A stretch of 64,000 bases of DNA from positions 2,560,001 to 2,624,000 of the forward strand of contig OZ241907.1 of assembly GCA_965203515.1 (NCBI GenBank), written 5' to 3'. A model generated the notes under the pieces. The model did no database searches. It was not told the DNA's origin and worked only from the letters and a program-made list of their open reading frames with translations. A program made the position numbers and the translations under genes. Positions 13,025-21,860 of the stretch are shown here, in pieces (the stretch's first letter is position 1; every line of letters starts with the position of its first letter). The DNA is from Spirochaetia bacterium (lineage in GTDB: Bacteria; Spirochaetota; Spirochaetia; SZUA-6; Bin103).

Positions 13025-15091
13025 TCAGATGGCGCGCAGGTCGTCGAGGAACTCCGAGGCGGGCTCGACGCCGGTAACCAGGAGATGATCGCGGGCGCGG
13101 GTGCACGCCACGTACAGCAGGTGCCGTTCGGTGGCGTAGACGTCCTCCAGGTCGGCGGGGTCGCCGACGTTCGCGATTCTGGCCGGCGATGGCAGCACTT
13201 CGTCGTCGCAGGCGATGACCGCCGCGGCGCGGAACTCCAGGCCCTTCGCCGCGTGCATGGTGCCCACCGCCACCGAGCCTGAGACACCGCCGGCGCGCCG
13301 GCGCAGATCGACCGTGGAGAACCCTGCCGCGCGCGCGGCTGCGGCGGCCCGCTCCAGTTCGGCGTTCGATCTGACGAGCAGGCCGATCTCGTGGGGCGCA
13401 TAGCCGGCCTGCTTCCGCTCGGCCAGCCACTCGGCGATGACCGCGCGTTCCTCCTCCGGCGAGCCGAGGATGGCGACGACCGGTTCCGCGCCGTTGAACA
13501 CGGAGACCGTGCCGGCGCGCCGCTCGGCGTTGCCGTCCACGTCGGCGATCTCGCCCGGCAGGAGGCGGTCCGCCTGCCGCCGGATCTGGTGGGAGGTCCG
13601 GTAGTTGACCCGCAGGGTGTGGGAGCGCCCTCTGACGTCGATCCCGAGCGCCCGCCAGGAGAACGGCGTCCGAAAGATCCGCTGCCCCAGGTCGCCGGCG
13701 AAGAACAGGCCGTCCGGGCGCCCGGCGCCGAGGGCGGCCAGCAGCCGCAGCTCGGCCACGCCGAGGTCCTGCGCTTCGTCGACGACGCAGAACTCGAACG
13801 GCGGATGCGCGAGCTGCGCGCACTGTCGCTCCAACCGGGCGAACAGCCGCGGCTCGGTCAGCAGCCCGCGCTCGTCGAGCGCGGCCGACACCTGCGCGAA
13901 GATCGACCACAGCACGGCGCGCTGCCGTTCGGAGAGGCGGGTCTTGCGGCCGAGGCGCGGCACGTCCCGATACTGCTCCCAGGTCGCAAGCTGCCAGGCG
14001 TCGACCACCTGCTGCCACTCGGTGCGGAGGAAGTGCGCGCTGAACGGGTTGCCCTCGACCCCGGCGGCGCGCCGCACGAACTCTTGCACCTGCTCGTCGG
14101 CCGCCAGCTCGGCGCGGCCGCAGTGCGCCTGATAGAGGCGGCGCGCGACGTCGCTCAGCGAGCCGACTTCGAGGCGCTCGGCGAGCTTCGGCTCGTGGAC
14201 GATCAGGCGCGTCAGGCGAGCGCGCAGCGCGTCCGCGAGCGCCGTGGAGAAGGTGGCCAGCAGGACGCGCGCGGCGGGATGGGCGCGCGCCAGATGGACC
14301 GCGCGGTGCAGCGCGGCGATGGTCTTGCCGGTCCCGGCGGACCCCGATACGCGCGCCGGGCCGCGGTAACTTCGTTCCACCACCTGCCGCTGCGCGGGAT
14401 GCAGGAAGACCATCCACTGCTCCCACGGATATTCAAGGGCGCGCTGCAGTTCCTCGTGATTGGCCATCACCCGGAAGCGGCGCTGCGCGTCGGGATGGGC
14501 GAACGGGTCGGTATCCGCGGCCGCGCGGGCCGGCCGCTCCGGCGTGCCGCCGGTGGCCAGCTCCAGCAGCGCCTCGGCGGCCTCCGCCGGCAGATGACCG
14601 GCCAGCGCCAGCAGCGCATCCTCGCCGGTGACCTGCCGGACGTCGGCCAGCCACTCGGCGGGAACGCCGTAGCTTAGGAGCCGGTCGTCCGCGATCCCGG
14701 AGAAGACCGGCCGCGCCGCCTCCTCGGCGGCCATGTACCGCGGCACCGGCACGTCGCGCACCACTTCGCGGACTTCGACGAGCTGCGCCGCTCCCGTGTT
14801 GGGGTGCCGTTCGATGCGCCGGCGCTCCGCCCAGCGATACGCGGCGTCGTGCTCGCCGACGTAGCAGAGCAGGAGATCGGCGGCGGTCTTGTGCACGATC
14901 ATGCGCAGGCCGCGGCTCACCCGCACCGACCAGAAGTTCCGGTCGCGAGCGCCCTCCACCCGGTGGAACCGCATCCCCGGCCGCGCGGGGTCGAGCTGCA
15001 GGTCGAACGCCGTGGTCTTGGCCGCGCGCTGCTCATCGCCCGGCAGGCGCGCCAAGCTCTCGGTAAAGGTATCGGCAATGCGAAGTTGCAT
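13025..15091 (-). CDS. SF1 UvrD/Rep-like helicase with N-terminal RelE/ParE-like domain
   Basis: GSAGTGKT, VVDEAQD, GDLGQRIF, NYRT, TMHAAKGLEF, LYVACTRAR. The N-terminal ~90 aa (...PGMRFHRVEGARDRNFWSVRVSRGLRMIVH...LLCYVGEHD) has a RelE-superfamily pattern. Confidence 0.85.
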   Translation of the reverse strand: MQLRIADTFTESLARLPGDEQRAAKTTAFDLQLDPARPGMRFHRVEGARDRNFWSVRVSRGLRMIVHKTAADLLLCYVGEHDAAYRWAERRRIERHPNTGAAQLVEVREVVRDVPVPRYMAAEEAARPVFSGIADDRLLSYGVPAEWLADVRQVTGEDALLALAGHLPAEAAEALLELATGGTPERPARAAADTDPFAHPDAQRRFRVMANHEELQRALEYPWEQWMVFLHPAQRQVVERSYRGPARVSGSAGTGKTIAALHRAVHLARAHPAARVLLATFSTALADALRARLTRLIVHEPKLAERLEVGSLSDVARRLYQAHCGRAELAADEQVQEFVRRAAGVEGNPFSAHFLRTEWQQVVDAWQLATWEQYRDVPRLGRKTRLSERQRAVLWSIFAQVSAALDERGLLTEPRLFARLERQCAQLAHPPFEFCVVDEAQDLGVAELRLLAALGAGRPDGLFFAGDLGQRIFRTPFSWRALGIDVRGRSHTLRVNYRTSHQIRRQADRLLPGEIADVDGNAERRAGTVSVFNGAEPVVAILGSPEEERAVIAEWLAERKQAGYAPHEIGLLVRSNAELERAAAAARAAGFSTVDLRRRAGGVSGSVAVGTMHAAKGLEFRAAAVIACDDEVLPSPARIANVGDPADLEDVYATERHLLYVACTRARDHLLVTGVEPASEFLDDLRAI

Positions 15092-16564
15092 TCAGTCTCC
15101 GGTCACTATGCTCGCCAGCTCGAGTTTGTTCTGCAGGTCGGCGGCGCGATTGTAGAGTGCCTCGGCTACGTCGTCGTACTCCGGCGGCTCCACACCTTCG
15201 CTGCGGTCGAATGGAATCTCCTGAATGGTTGATCCTTGATCTGTTCCGTCCTGACGAAATAGCCATACTCCCACTTCGTCGGGGTGCAGCGCGCTGCCGA
15301 GCGATGATCCCTCCATAACTCGACCTGTGTGCTCCGCCAGCGTGCCTTCTCGGATCAGATTCCCGATTTCCTTCAGCAGCCACTCGCTATGGGTCGTAAT
15401 GAGCACCCGGACCCCGGCACGGACAAGGCGGGCCAGCATCACCGCGACGTGCGCTTGGGCCGTCGGGTGCAGGTGGGCCTCGGGTTCCTCGATGATCAAG
15501 GTGTCACCGACGTTCACGACGCCTCGAAGGAACAGGACGAGCGGAGCGAGTTCGGACACCATGGACGCCGCCCGGGCCAACACAACGTCTTCCCTGGTAT
15601 ACCATGGGCGGAACGCAAACTCAAGATAGCCTCCCGGCGATTTCGTTTCTTCTATCGATCCGGCAAGGGGCTCCCGCTCCAGCGCCTCTGCAATCTCATT
15701 CAGCGCATCGTCGACTGATTGCGGCCTTCTACGCCGGTAAAGAATGAGTTGCTGCATGAAATCAGCGGTCACGCCCGGCAACGTCGGAGTTACCGGTAAC
15801 CGTTCCAGGCTGACGCGGGTAGCGCGTGCGACAAGGGAGCTGGCGATCACCCGTTGGCTTTGCATTATTCCGCTGCGTGCCGCGGGAAGATAGTGGATAC
15901 CGCCGGTTCCGGGCCACTCGCCGCTACCCGGATGCCCGCCGTCCAGGAGTTCTCGCAGGAGATCGGTAATTCGTATTCTGCCGGAAAGAAGGATACTCCG
16001 CAGGCGAGCCGCTACTTCAGGATTGTCGGAACGAAGGTTCTCAGGCATCAGGTCGAAATCACCCAATCCTATTGAAGCCTTGCCTTGGTTCTCCGACAGA
16101 CTCATGCAGAGATGCCATAGAGCGCGATCCCGCTCGCGCACCATGAGCGTTACGTCAATCGCGTCGCGTGTGCGTGGAGTACGAATCAAATCGGTAACAG
16201 CGTCGGTATCGAAGCATCGATTGAGCTCAAGAACGATGTCGGCCGTTAGACCTGATTCACGAAAGAAGGAACTCAGGGCGCCGCGTAGTCGAACAGGTAA
16301 ATCGGAGTACTTGAACGCTCTGCCATCGGCATCCAGCTTCTTTGTCACATCGTGATATTCTTGTTTCGACACGCGCCGCCAATCGAACTCGGTACAGCGA
16401 TCGAAGCCTCGGTTCAGGAACCGCCGAAATCCATGCAGGGCGCGGTGCAGCGCATAGACGGTATTGCCGGCACCGACGAACACCGTCAAGGGACGCAGTT
16501 CCACAATGCCGGTCTCGATCGGACCAAGATGTTCGACTTTGAAGCTAACGACTCGCTTTACCAT
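15092..16564 (-). CDS. AAA_15/AAA_21-type ABC ATPase with a broken Walker A
   Basis: LGPI...LRPLTVFVGAGNT-VYAL lacks GK[S/T]. ASMVSELAPL signature, LIIEEPEAHLHP and LITTHSE are retained. Confidence 0.75.
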   Translation of the reverse strand: MVKRVVSFKVEHLGPIETGIVELRPLTVFVGAGNTVYALHRALHGFRRFLNRGFDRCTEFDWRRVSKQEYHDVTKKLDADGRAFKYSDLPVRLRGALSSFFRESGLTADIVLELNRCFDTDAVTDLIRTPRTRDAIDVTLMVRERDRALWHLCMSLSENQGKASIGLGDFDLMPENLRSDNPEVAARLRSILLSGRIRITDLLRELLDGGHPGSGEWPGTGGIHYLPAARSGIMQSQRVIASSLVARATRVSLERLPVTPTLPGVTADFMQQLILYRRRRPQSVDDALNEIAEALEREPLAGSIEETKSPGGYLEFAFRPWYTREDVVLARAASMVSELAPLVLFLRGVVNVGDTLIIEEPEAHLHPTAQAHVAVMLARLVRAGVRVLITTHSEWLLKEIGNLIREGTLAEHTGRVMEGSSLGSALHPDEVGVWLFRQDGTDQGSTIQEIPFDRSEGVEPPEYDDVAEALYNRAADLQNKLELASIVTGD

Positions 16565-17409
16565 TTCGTCAGAAGGTGATCCGCGATGGGCATAGCTCTA
16601 TTTGCCCCTTTCTTATTGCTTGCCGCGAAATACAGAGCGAACATTGGAGTTTTGTTGCTATTGCACAGTACTCTCGGAGTCGGTGCTACTTTCTCGAATA
16701 CTGAATCGAGTCGTTCTCGGTAGAGCTCCATCACCGGTTCGCCACCACTGATGCGTTCTTGATTCTGCTGTCCAAACAATTCCAACTGAGGTGCGTTCTG
16801 ATATAGGTGCCGCCAGTACTGTCGTCCTCCAAAGACGCGATCGAGATGCCGTGCTAGTGCCGGATCGGGGGCACGCTTTCCGGGCATCATTCTCGAGATT
16901 GCACTCAAAGGGAAGAGAATCCAGCAATCTACTTTCTTAGTGTCAGCAAGCGTCTCGACGGTGCTCCATGACACCGCGGTAGCGAATGGGTCAAGGAACA
17001 CTACCGCTCGGTCATAGGCTCCGAAAGTGCGGCAGAGAGCCGGTATCGCTTTGTTCGCGTCCTCGTTTACTATCTCAATCCGTCGCCCTGTATAGCGGCT
17101 GGCGAGTTTTTGTAGGGAACTACAACGATCGTCGTCCTTCTCGATGAACACCAGTCGATCGAAAGGCTTGTTGTCAATGTCGAGTGCCGTCGCTGCGGAG
17201 CCCTTCCACATTGCGCGGAAATCGGTGGGGTCTTCAAGGGCACTCGCTGAGCGCGGCTTCCAGAAGCCCGATCCGGCAAATGCGTCGACATAGGTCAGCC
17301 GGAACGATTGGTTCTTCAACACCATGGTGTATCTGTCGAGGTAGCTCTTGAGAATATCCAGCTTGGTGCGTGTCCAAGGGCCGCCAAAATCGGTAGGAGA
17401 CACAGTCAT
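16558..17409 (-). CDS. tcmP: Three-Cys-motif partner protein (TcmP-like, SAM-dependent methyltransferase fold)
   Basis: GGPWTRTKLDILKSYL, LTYVDAFAGSG, FIEKD, EDAN, VFLDPF; next to a DUF5131 gene. Confidence 0.8.
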   Translation of the reverse strand: MTVSPTDFGGPWTRTKLDILKSYLDRYTMVLKNQSFRLTYVDAFAGSGFWKPRSASALEDPTDFRAMWKGSAATALDIDNKPFDRLVFIEKDDDRCSSLQKLASRYTGRRIEIVNEDANKAIPALCRTFGAYDRAVVFLDPFATAVSWSTVETLADTKKVDCWILFPLSAISRMMPGKRAPDPALARHLDRVFGGRQYWRHLYQNAPQLELFGQQNQERISGGEPVMELYRERLDSVFEKVAPTPRVLCNSNKTPMFALYFAASNKKGANRAMPIADHLLTKW

Positions 17410-17419
17410 GCCTTGGCCA

Positions 17420-18172
17420 TCACGTTGCGACGGGTAACTGGCGCCACGGTCTGCCGTCGATCGTTGCGTGGTCGCCGCCGCGTTTGTTGCGGACGCCGCC
17501 GAGTTGCTTGAGAAAGAAGGGGGTGTCGGTTCGGACCGACTGATCGCGCAGGGCGCGCGCCCATTCGATGCGCATCGGCCTCGCGCCGGGGCCGCTCTCA
17601 CCGCCGGCGATTACCCAGTGGAGCGTCCCGTCCGACAGCCACGGGGTGAGGTCGAGCGGCGCGAGCAGCGGTTCGGCGGATACGAACCGGACCGGGGCGG
17701 GCAGGCGGGCCAGCACGGTCAGTCGCGGAGCGTACTTCTGATTCTCCACGGAGGTCCCGATCCAGATGTTGGCAGGCCACCCGTGAGGGAACCGATCCCG
17801 GTACCGGGACCACCAATGGACGGCGCGACCGGGCCGTTTGGTGAGGACCTGGAAGATATGCCCGCGCCGCGCCGCAGCTTCGACCATCACCGAGAATATA
17901 TCGGTGAGGAAGTCGAACGGCACGCGCGGATGGAACAGGTCGGACATGCTGTTCACGAATACCAGACGTCGGGTTCGCCAGGTGAGCGGCGTCTTGAGGC
18001 GTTCCGGCAGGATGCGAACGGTATCGGGCGTCGTGTCGTAGCCGGCGACCCCCATGGCTCGCAACCGCGGGTACAGGGCGTACATGTAGCAGTGATCGCA
18101 GCCGGGGGAGACCCTGGTGCACCCGGTCACGGGATTCCAGGTCTCGTCAGTCCACTCTATCGCCGATGCCAT
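17420..18172 (-). CDS. DUF5131 / phage Gp37Gp68 family protein (radical-SAM-like CX6CX2C)
   Basis: IEWTDETWNPVTGCTRVSPGCDHCY, FVNSMSDLFH, LTKRP, GTSVENQ, SAEPLL, WVIAGGESG, FFLKQLGG. Confidence 0.92.
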   Translation of the reverse strand: MASAIEWTDETWNPVTGCTRVSPGCDHCYMYALYPRLRAMGVAGYDTTPDTVRILPERLKTPLTWRTRRLVFVNSMSDLFHPRVPFDFLTDIFSVMVEAAARRGHIFQVLTKRPGRAVHWWSRYRDRFPHGWPANIWIGTSVENQKYAPRLTVLARLPAPVRFVSAEPLLAPLDLTPWLSDGTLHWVIAGGESGPGARPMRIEWARALRDQSVRTDTPFFLKQLGGVRNKRGGDHATIDGRPWRQLPVAT

Positions 18173-18190
18173 GATGTTTCCTCAGACGGT

Positions 18191-21142
18191 TCATACACGG
18201 AACACCTTCATCACTTCGTCGCCGAGGTGGTTGATCACCTTGACGGCGATGCGGCCGGACTCCGGGCGGTCGAAGGGGCGGGAGGTGTCGCTGTGGAGGG
18301 TCTCCCAGGCGTCGCGGTCGATCTCGGCCTTGAGGGTGGTCTTCAGCGCCTTGTAGGGATCGCTGGCGCCCAGGAAGTAGGCGTGGCGGACGAAGAAGCT
18401 CTCCTCGTCGTAGTCGGTGTCGATGAACCAGCAGGCGATGCCGTCAGGGCCGTCGCTGCGGACTTCGCCGGTGTTGGGATGGAACACGTCGACGCCGTTG
18501 ACCTTGACCCGGAGGCGGTCGCCGGCGCCGCTGCCGTCGGCTTCCGGCAGGAGGTCGATGTCGGGCTCGCCGAAGATCACGAACAGGTTGCCTTTGCCGG
18601 TGTTCTTCAGGTCGCCGGCCATGTGCAGGTCGGCGTTCATGCGCGCCTTCAGGATCGGAATGCGGCCGAGGCGGGCGAGTTCGCCGGCGTGCGCGTCGTA
18701 GCTGAAGGCGCAGGCGATCAGCACGTCGTAGTCGGCGTCGGCGGCTTCGCGGGCGGCGGCGGCGAGATCGGGGCGGGCGACGGTGCCGAACTCGGGGCCG
18801 ATGAAGACGCCGGCGCGCCGTTCGGCGCCGGTGTCGGGGGCGCCCTCGAGGTAGCGCCCTTCGGCGCAGATCAGCTTGCCCGGCCAGGGGGTGAGGGCGG
18901 TGAAGGAGATGCGGTCTTCCTTGTGCGCCTGCTGCACGCCGGCGGTGCGCAGGTTTTCGAGGATCATGGCGGCGAAGTCGTGCTGGCCGCCGGCGTGGTA
19001 GCCGGTCTTGCGCTCGGCGAAGTGGTCGATCAGGCCGTCGTCCTCGTCCACGTCCAAGGTGCGGTGCGGCGCCAGGCTTTCCACAGTAAACGGGCCGGCT
19101 ACGCGCACGATGCCCCGATCTTCGTAGGGCTTGTCGTAGAGGTACTCGTAGTCGGCCTTGGCGGCGATGGAGGCGTCGATCTCCCGCTGGCGGGCGATGC
19201 GCGCTTCCCACCAGCGGCGGTGCAGGTCGGCGGGGCCGGCGTCCCACGGGTCGAGCGGCCGGTCCGGGACCGCCGCCGGCGAGTAGGTGCGGCCCAGCGC
19301 GCGGTTCAACGCCCGCAGCGCGGTCGCCTTGGCGGCGTCGGTCGGCGCGTCCTGAGTCCGCTGCCACGCCGCGGCGGCCGCGGTCGGCCACGGGTCGCCC
19401 GGTTCGCGCGGGATTTCCCACTCCTCCCAGGTGCGGTCGAGGGCGGCGTTGAGTGCCGCGCGCAGCGGCTCCAGGGTCTCCTGCCAGCGCTCATGGATCA
19501 CGTCGATCTCGGCGTTGTTGGCGATCGACTTGAGGGTGACGTGCGGCACGCGCTCGTACACGAACCCCTGCCGGATGTCGCCGCTGGTCACGCTCTCGGA
19601 CGGAACCGTCTGCGACAGTTCGGCTTCCTCGCGCCGCCCGTCCAGGCTGTCCGCCAGCAGGTAGTAGGGATAGCGCGCGCCCATCACGCGGGAGCGTGCC
19701 AAGGCCAGTGCGACGCGCGAGGTGTCGATGGTGATCCAGCGCCGCCCCCACTGCTCGGCAACGTAGGCGGTGGTCCCGGACCCGCAGGTAGGATCGAGCA
19801 CGAGGTCGCCGGGATCGGTGGTCATGAGGATGCAGCGAGATATGGCCTCTTCTGCCGTTTGCACAACGTAGCTCTTCTTGTATGACACCGGCGAGTCATT
19901 CCATTGATTCGTCCTTTTTCGAAAAGGGAAATCATCATAGTACAAGCGATAGCTAAGGCTCCGACCCTCCGATTGAAGTCTTCCTATGGAAGAAAGTAGA
20001 CGGAGCTTATGCTCGCTGACCACCCAGGATCCATTGCTGGGCGGATCGAAGCGACGGCCTTCATGGGCAAATTGATATACGGTGTTCGGAGAGTATGAAG
20101 GTGCCAGTAAGGAAAAAAGTCGATAGTACCTCGTTCCAGTGGGATGTGCGGGACTCTTGAAGTCCGTCGTTCGTATCTTTTTCCAGTTGCCATCAGGAAA
20201 CATGGCATATGGCCCGTGAGATGAGACCTGAGAGACGTCGTTTGACTCGTAAAGGTGGTGGAACTTGAGACTTCCTCGGTCTTTCGCATAAAATAGAATG
20301 TTGTCGTTCATCGTCTCGAGGTACGTTGCGCCTAATGGTATACTCTTTTTGCGAAAAGAAATATCTGCTATGAAGTTGACCTTCCCAAATATCTCATCCA
20401 GCAGATTTCTGAGGTAATGTGAATTCTCTGAGTTCATCTGAACGAAAATGGCGCCAGATGATTTCAACAGCTCGCGCGCCACGGTCAGGCGGTCGCGCAG
20501 GTAGGTCAGGTACGAATGAATCCCGTCGCGCCACGTGTCGCGGAACGCCTTGACCTGTTCGGGCTCGCGGGTGATGTGTTCGGCCTTGCCGTCCTTTACG
20601 TCGCGGCTGGTGGTGGACCACTGGAAGTTGGAGTTGAACTTGATGCCGTACGGCGGGTCGAGGTAGATGCACTGCACCGCGCCGCGCAGCCCCTCGCGCT
20701 CGGCCAGCGACGCCATCACCTGCAGGCTGTCGCCCAGGATCATGCGATTCGACCAGTTGGCGTCGTGGCGGTAGAACTCGGTGCGGGCGTCGCCGTCCGG
20801 CAGGCCGTTGAAGTCGGCGAACAGGTCGATCTGGTCGTCCGCGGCGCGCTCGCTCGCTTTGCTGCGCCGCAGCAGGTCGTCGATCAGGGCCTTGGGGTGG
20901 ACCTTCTCCTGGATGAACAGCGGGGGCGCCTGCACCACGAGGTCGGACCAGTCCTGCTCGTCCTTGCCGCGCCACACGAGCTGCGGATCGAGATCGCGGT
21001 TGCGCCGCTGATACGCCGTCCGGATCGGGCGCTGATCGGCCTTCTCCATCAGCGAGCGGTACTCGGCGGTGGGAATGTTCTTGCGCGACGCCTCGTCGTG
21101 CGTAATGGTCTCGACGGCCTTGGCCGCCCTTCGCTTCGCCAT
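18191..21142 (-). CDS. Type III R-M-like N6-adenine DNA methyltransferase (Mod, beta class, long form)
   Basis: NRMILGDSLQVM, CIYLDPPYG (motif IV), VLDPTCGSGTT (motif I), AT-rich variable region between them, C-terminal RIAVKVINHLGDEVMKV. Confidence 0.9.
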   Translation of the reverse strand: MAKRRAAKAVETITHDEASRKNIPTAEYRSLMEKADQRPIRTAYQRRNRDLDPQLVWRGKDEQDWSDLVVQAPPLFIQEKVHPKALIDDLLRRSKASERAADDQIDLFADFNGLPDGDARTEFYRHDANWSNRMILGDSLQVMASLAEREGLRGAVQCIYLDPPYGIKFNSNFQWSTTSRDVKDGKAEHITREPEQVKAFRDTWRDGIHSYLTYLRDRLTVARELLKSSGAIFVQMNSENSHYLRNLLDEIFGKVNFIADISFRKKSIPLGATYLETMNDNILFYAKDRGSLKFHHLYESNDVSQVSSHGPYAMFPDGNWKKIRTTDFKSPAHPTGTRYYRLFSLLAPSYSPNTVYQFAHEGRRFDPPSNGSWVVSEHKLRLLSSIGRLQSEGRSLSYRLYYDDFPFRKRTNQWNDSPVSYKKSYVVQTAEEAISRCILMTTDPGDLVLDPTCGSGTTAYVAEQWGRRWITIDTSRVALALARSRVMGARYPYYLLADSLDGRREEAELSQTVPSESVTSGDIRQGFVYERVPHVTLKSIANNAEIDVIHERWQETLEPLRAALNAALDRTWEEWEIPREPGDPWPTAAAAAWQRTQDAPTDAAKATALRALNRALGRTYSPAAVPDRPLDPWDAGPADLHRRWWEARIARQREIDASIAAKADYEYLYDKPYEDRGIVRVAGPFTVESLAPHRTLDVDEDDGLIDHFAERKTGYHAGGQHDFAAMILENLRTAGVQQAHKEDRISFTALTPWPGKLICAEGRYLEGAPDTGAERRAGVFIGPEFGTVARPDLAAAAREAADADYDVLIACAFSYDAHAGELARLGRIPILKARMNADLHMAGDLKNTGKGNLFVIFGEPDIDLLPEADGSGAGDRLRVKVNGVDVFHPNTGEVRSDGPDGIACWFIDTDYDEESFFVRHAYFLGASDPYKALKTTLKAEIDRDAWETLHSDTSRPFDRPESGRIAVKVINHLGDEVMKVFRV

Positions 21143-21514
21143 CTACGGATGATCCTTCTCGGTCTCGGCCAACAGGTTGCGCAACGCCGGCACCAGCGCC
21201 GGCACGGCTTCACGGATGACGCTCCAGATGATCCTGTTATCGATGGACAGGTAACCATGAGCCAAGCGGTTTCGGGTTCCGATGATGGCGCGCCACGGGA
21301 CTTCCTGATGAGCTTCACGTACTTCGCTCGGAATGTGAGTGGCGGCCTCGCCGATCAGCTCCAGATTACGGAGAGTGGCATCGTACGTGATGTTGTCCGC
21401 AAGGAATTCATCTTGATTCATACCGGAGGAATAAGATAGGACATTTTCGGAAAACGTGATCATGTCGCGAATATGGAAACGCCATTCACGACGTTCACTG
21501 GCGTCGTCACACAT
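21143..21514 (-). CDS. HEPN (DUF86) ribonuclease toxin, HepT-like
   Basis: LELIGEAA, VPWRAIIGTRNRLAHGY (RX4HXY); overlaps the MNT stop. Confidence 0.92.
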   Translation of the reverse strand: MCDDASERREWRFHIRDMITFSENVLSYSSGMNQDEFLADNITYDATLRNLELIGEAATHIPSEVREAHQEVPWRAIIGTRNRLAHGYLSIDNRIIWSVIREAVPALVPALRNLLAETEKDHP

Positions 21515-21797
21515 TGACGGCTTCTCTCTCGACATACGGACGTATCTCGGCGCGGATGTCCATATCCATTGCCAAGTCTACCGGCCGTCCGAATAGGTCT
21601 TCCAGATATTCCTGCGCGCCGAAGTAGCGCTTCCAGTCAGGAAGCGAATCGAAGCGCACCAAAACATCGACGTCACTGCCATCGGAAGCTTGGTCTCTGG
21701 CAAAGGAGCCGAAAAGAGCCATCTCGGAAATACCGAAGCGCTGCTTCATGATCTCCTTGTGCGTGCGGAGTAGCGCCAAGGCCTGATCTCTATTCAC
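21507..21797 (-). CDS. Minimal nucleotidyltransferase antitoxin, MntA-like
   Basis: ALFGSFARDQASDGSDVDVLV (GSX10DXD), FGRPVDL; 96 aa, directly upstream of HEPN. Confidence 0.92.
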   Translation of the reverse strand: MNRDQALALLRTHKEIMKQRFGISEMALFGSFARDQASDGSDVDVLVRFDSLPDWKRYFGAQEYLEDLFGRPVDLAMDMDIRAEIRPYVEREAVNV

Positions 21798-21860
21798 GAT
21801 TCACCTCCTGCTGCCGCTCATCTCCAGCATCGCGGGATCGTGCTGTAGATAGTTCCGATC

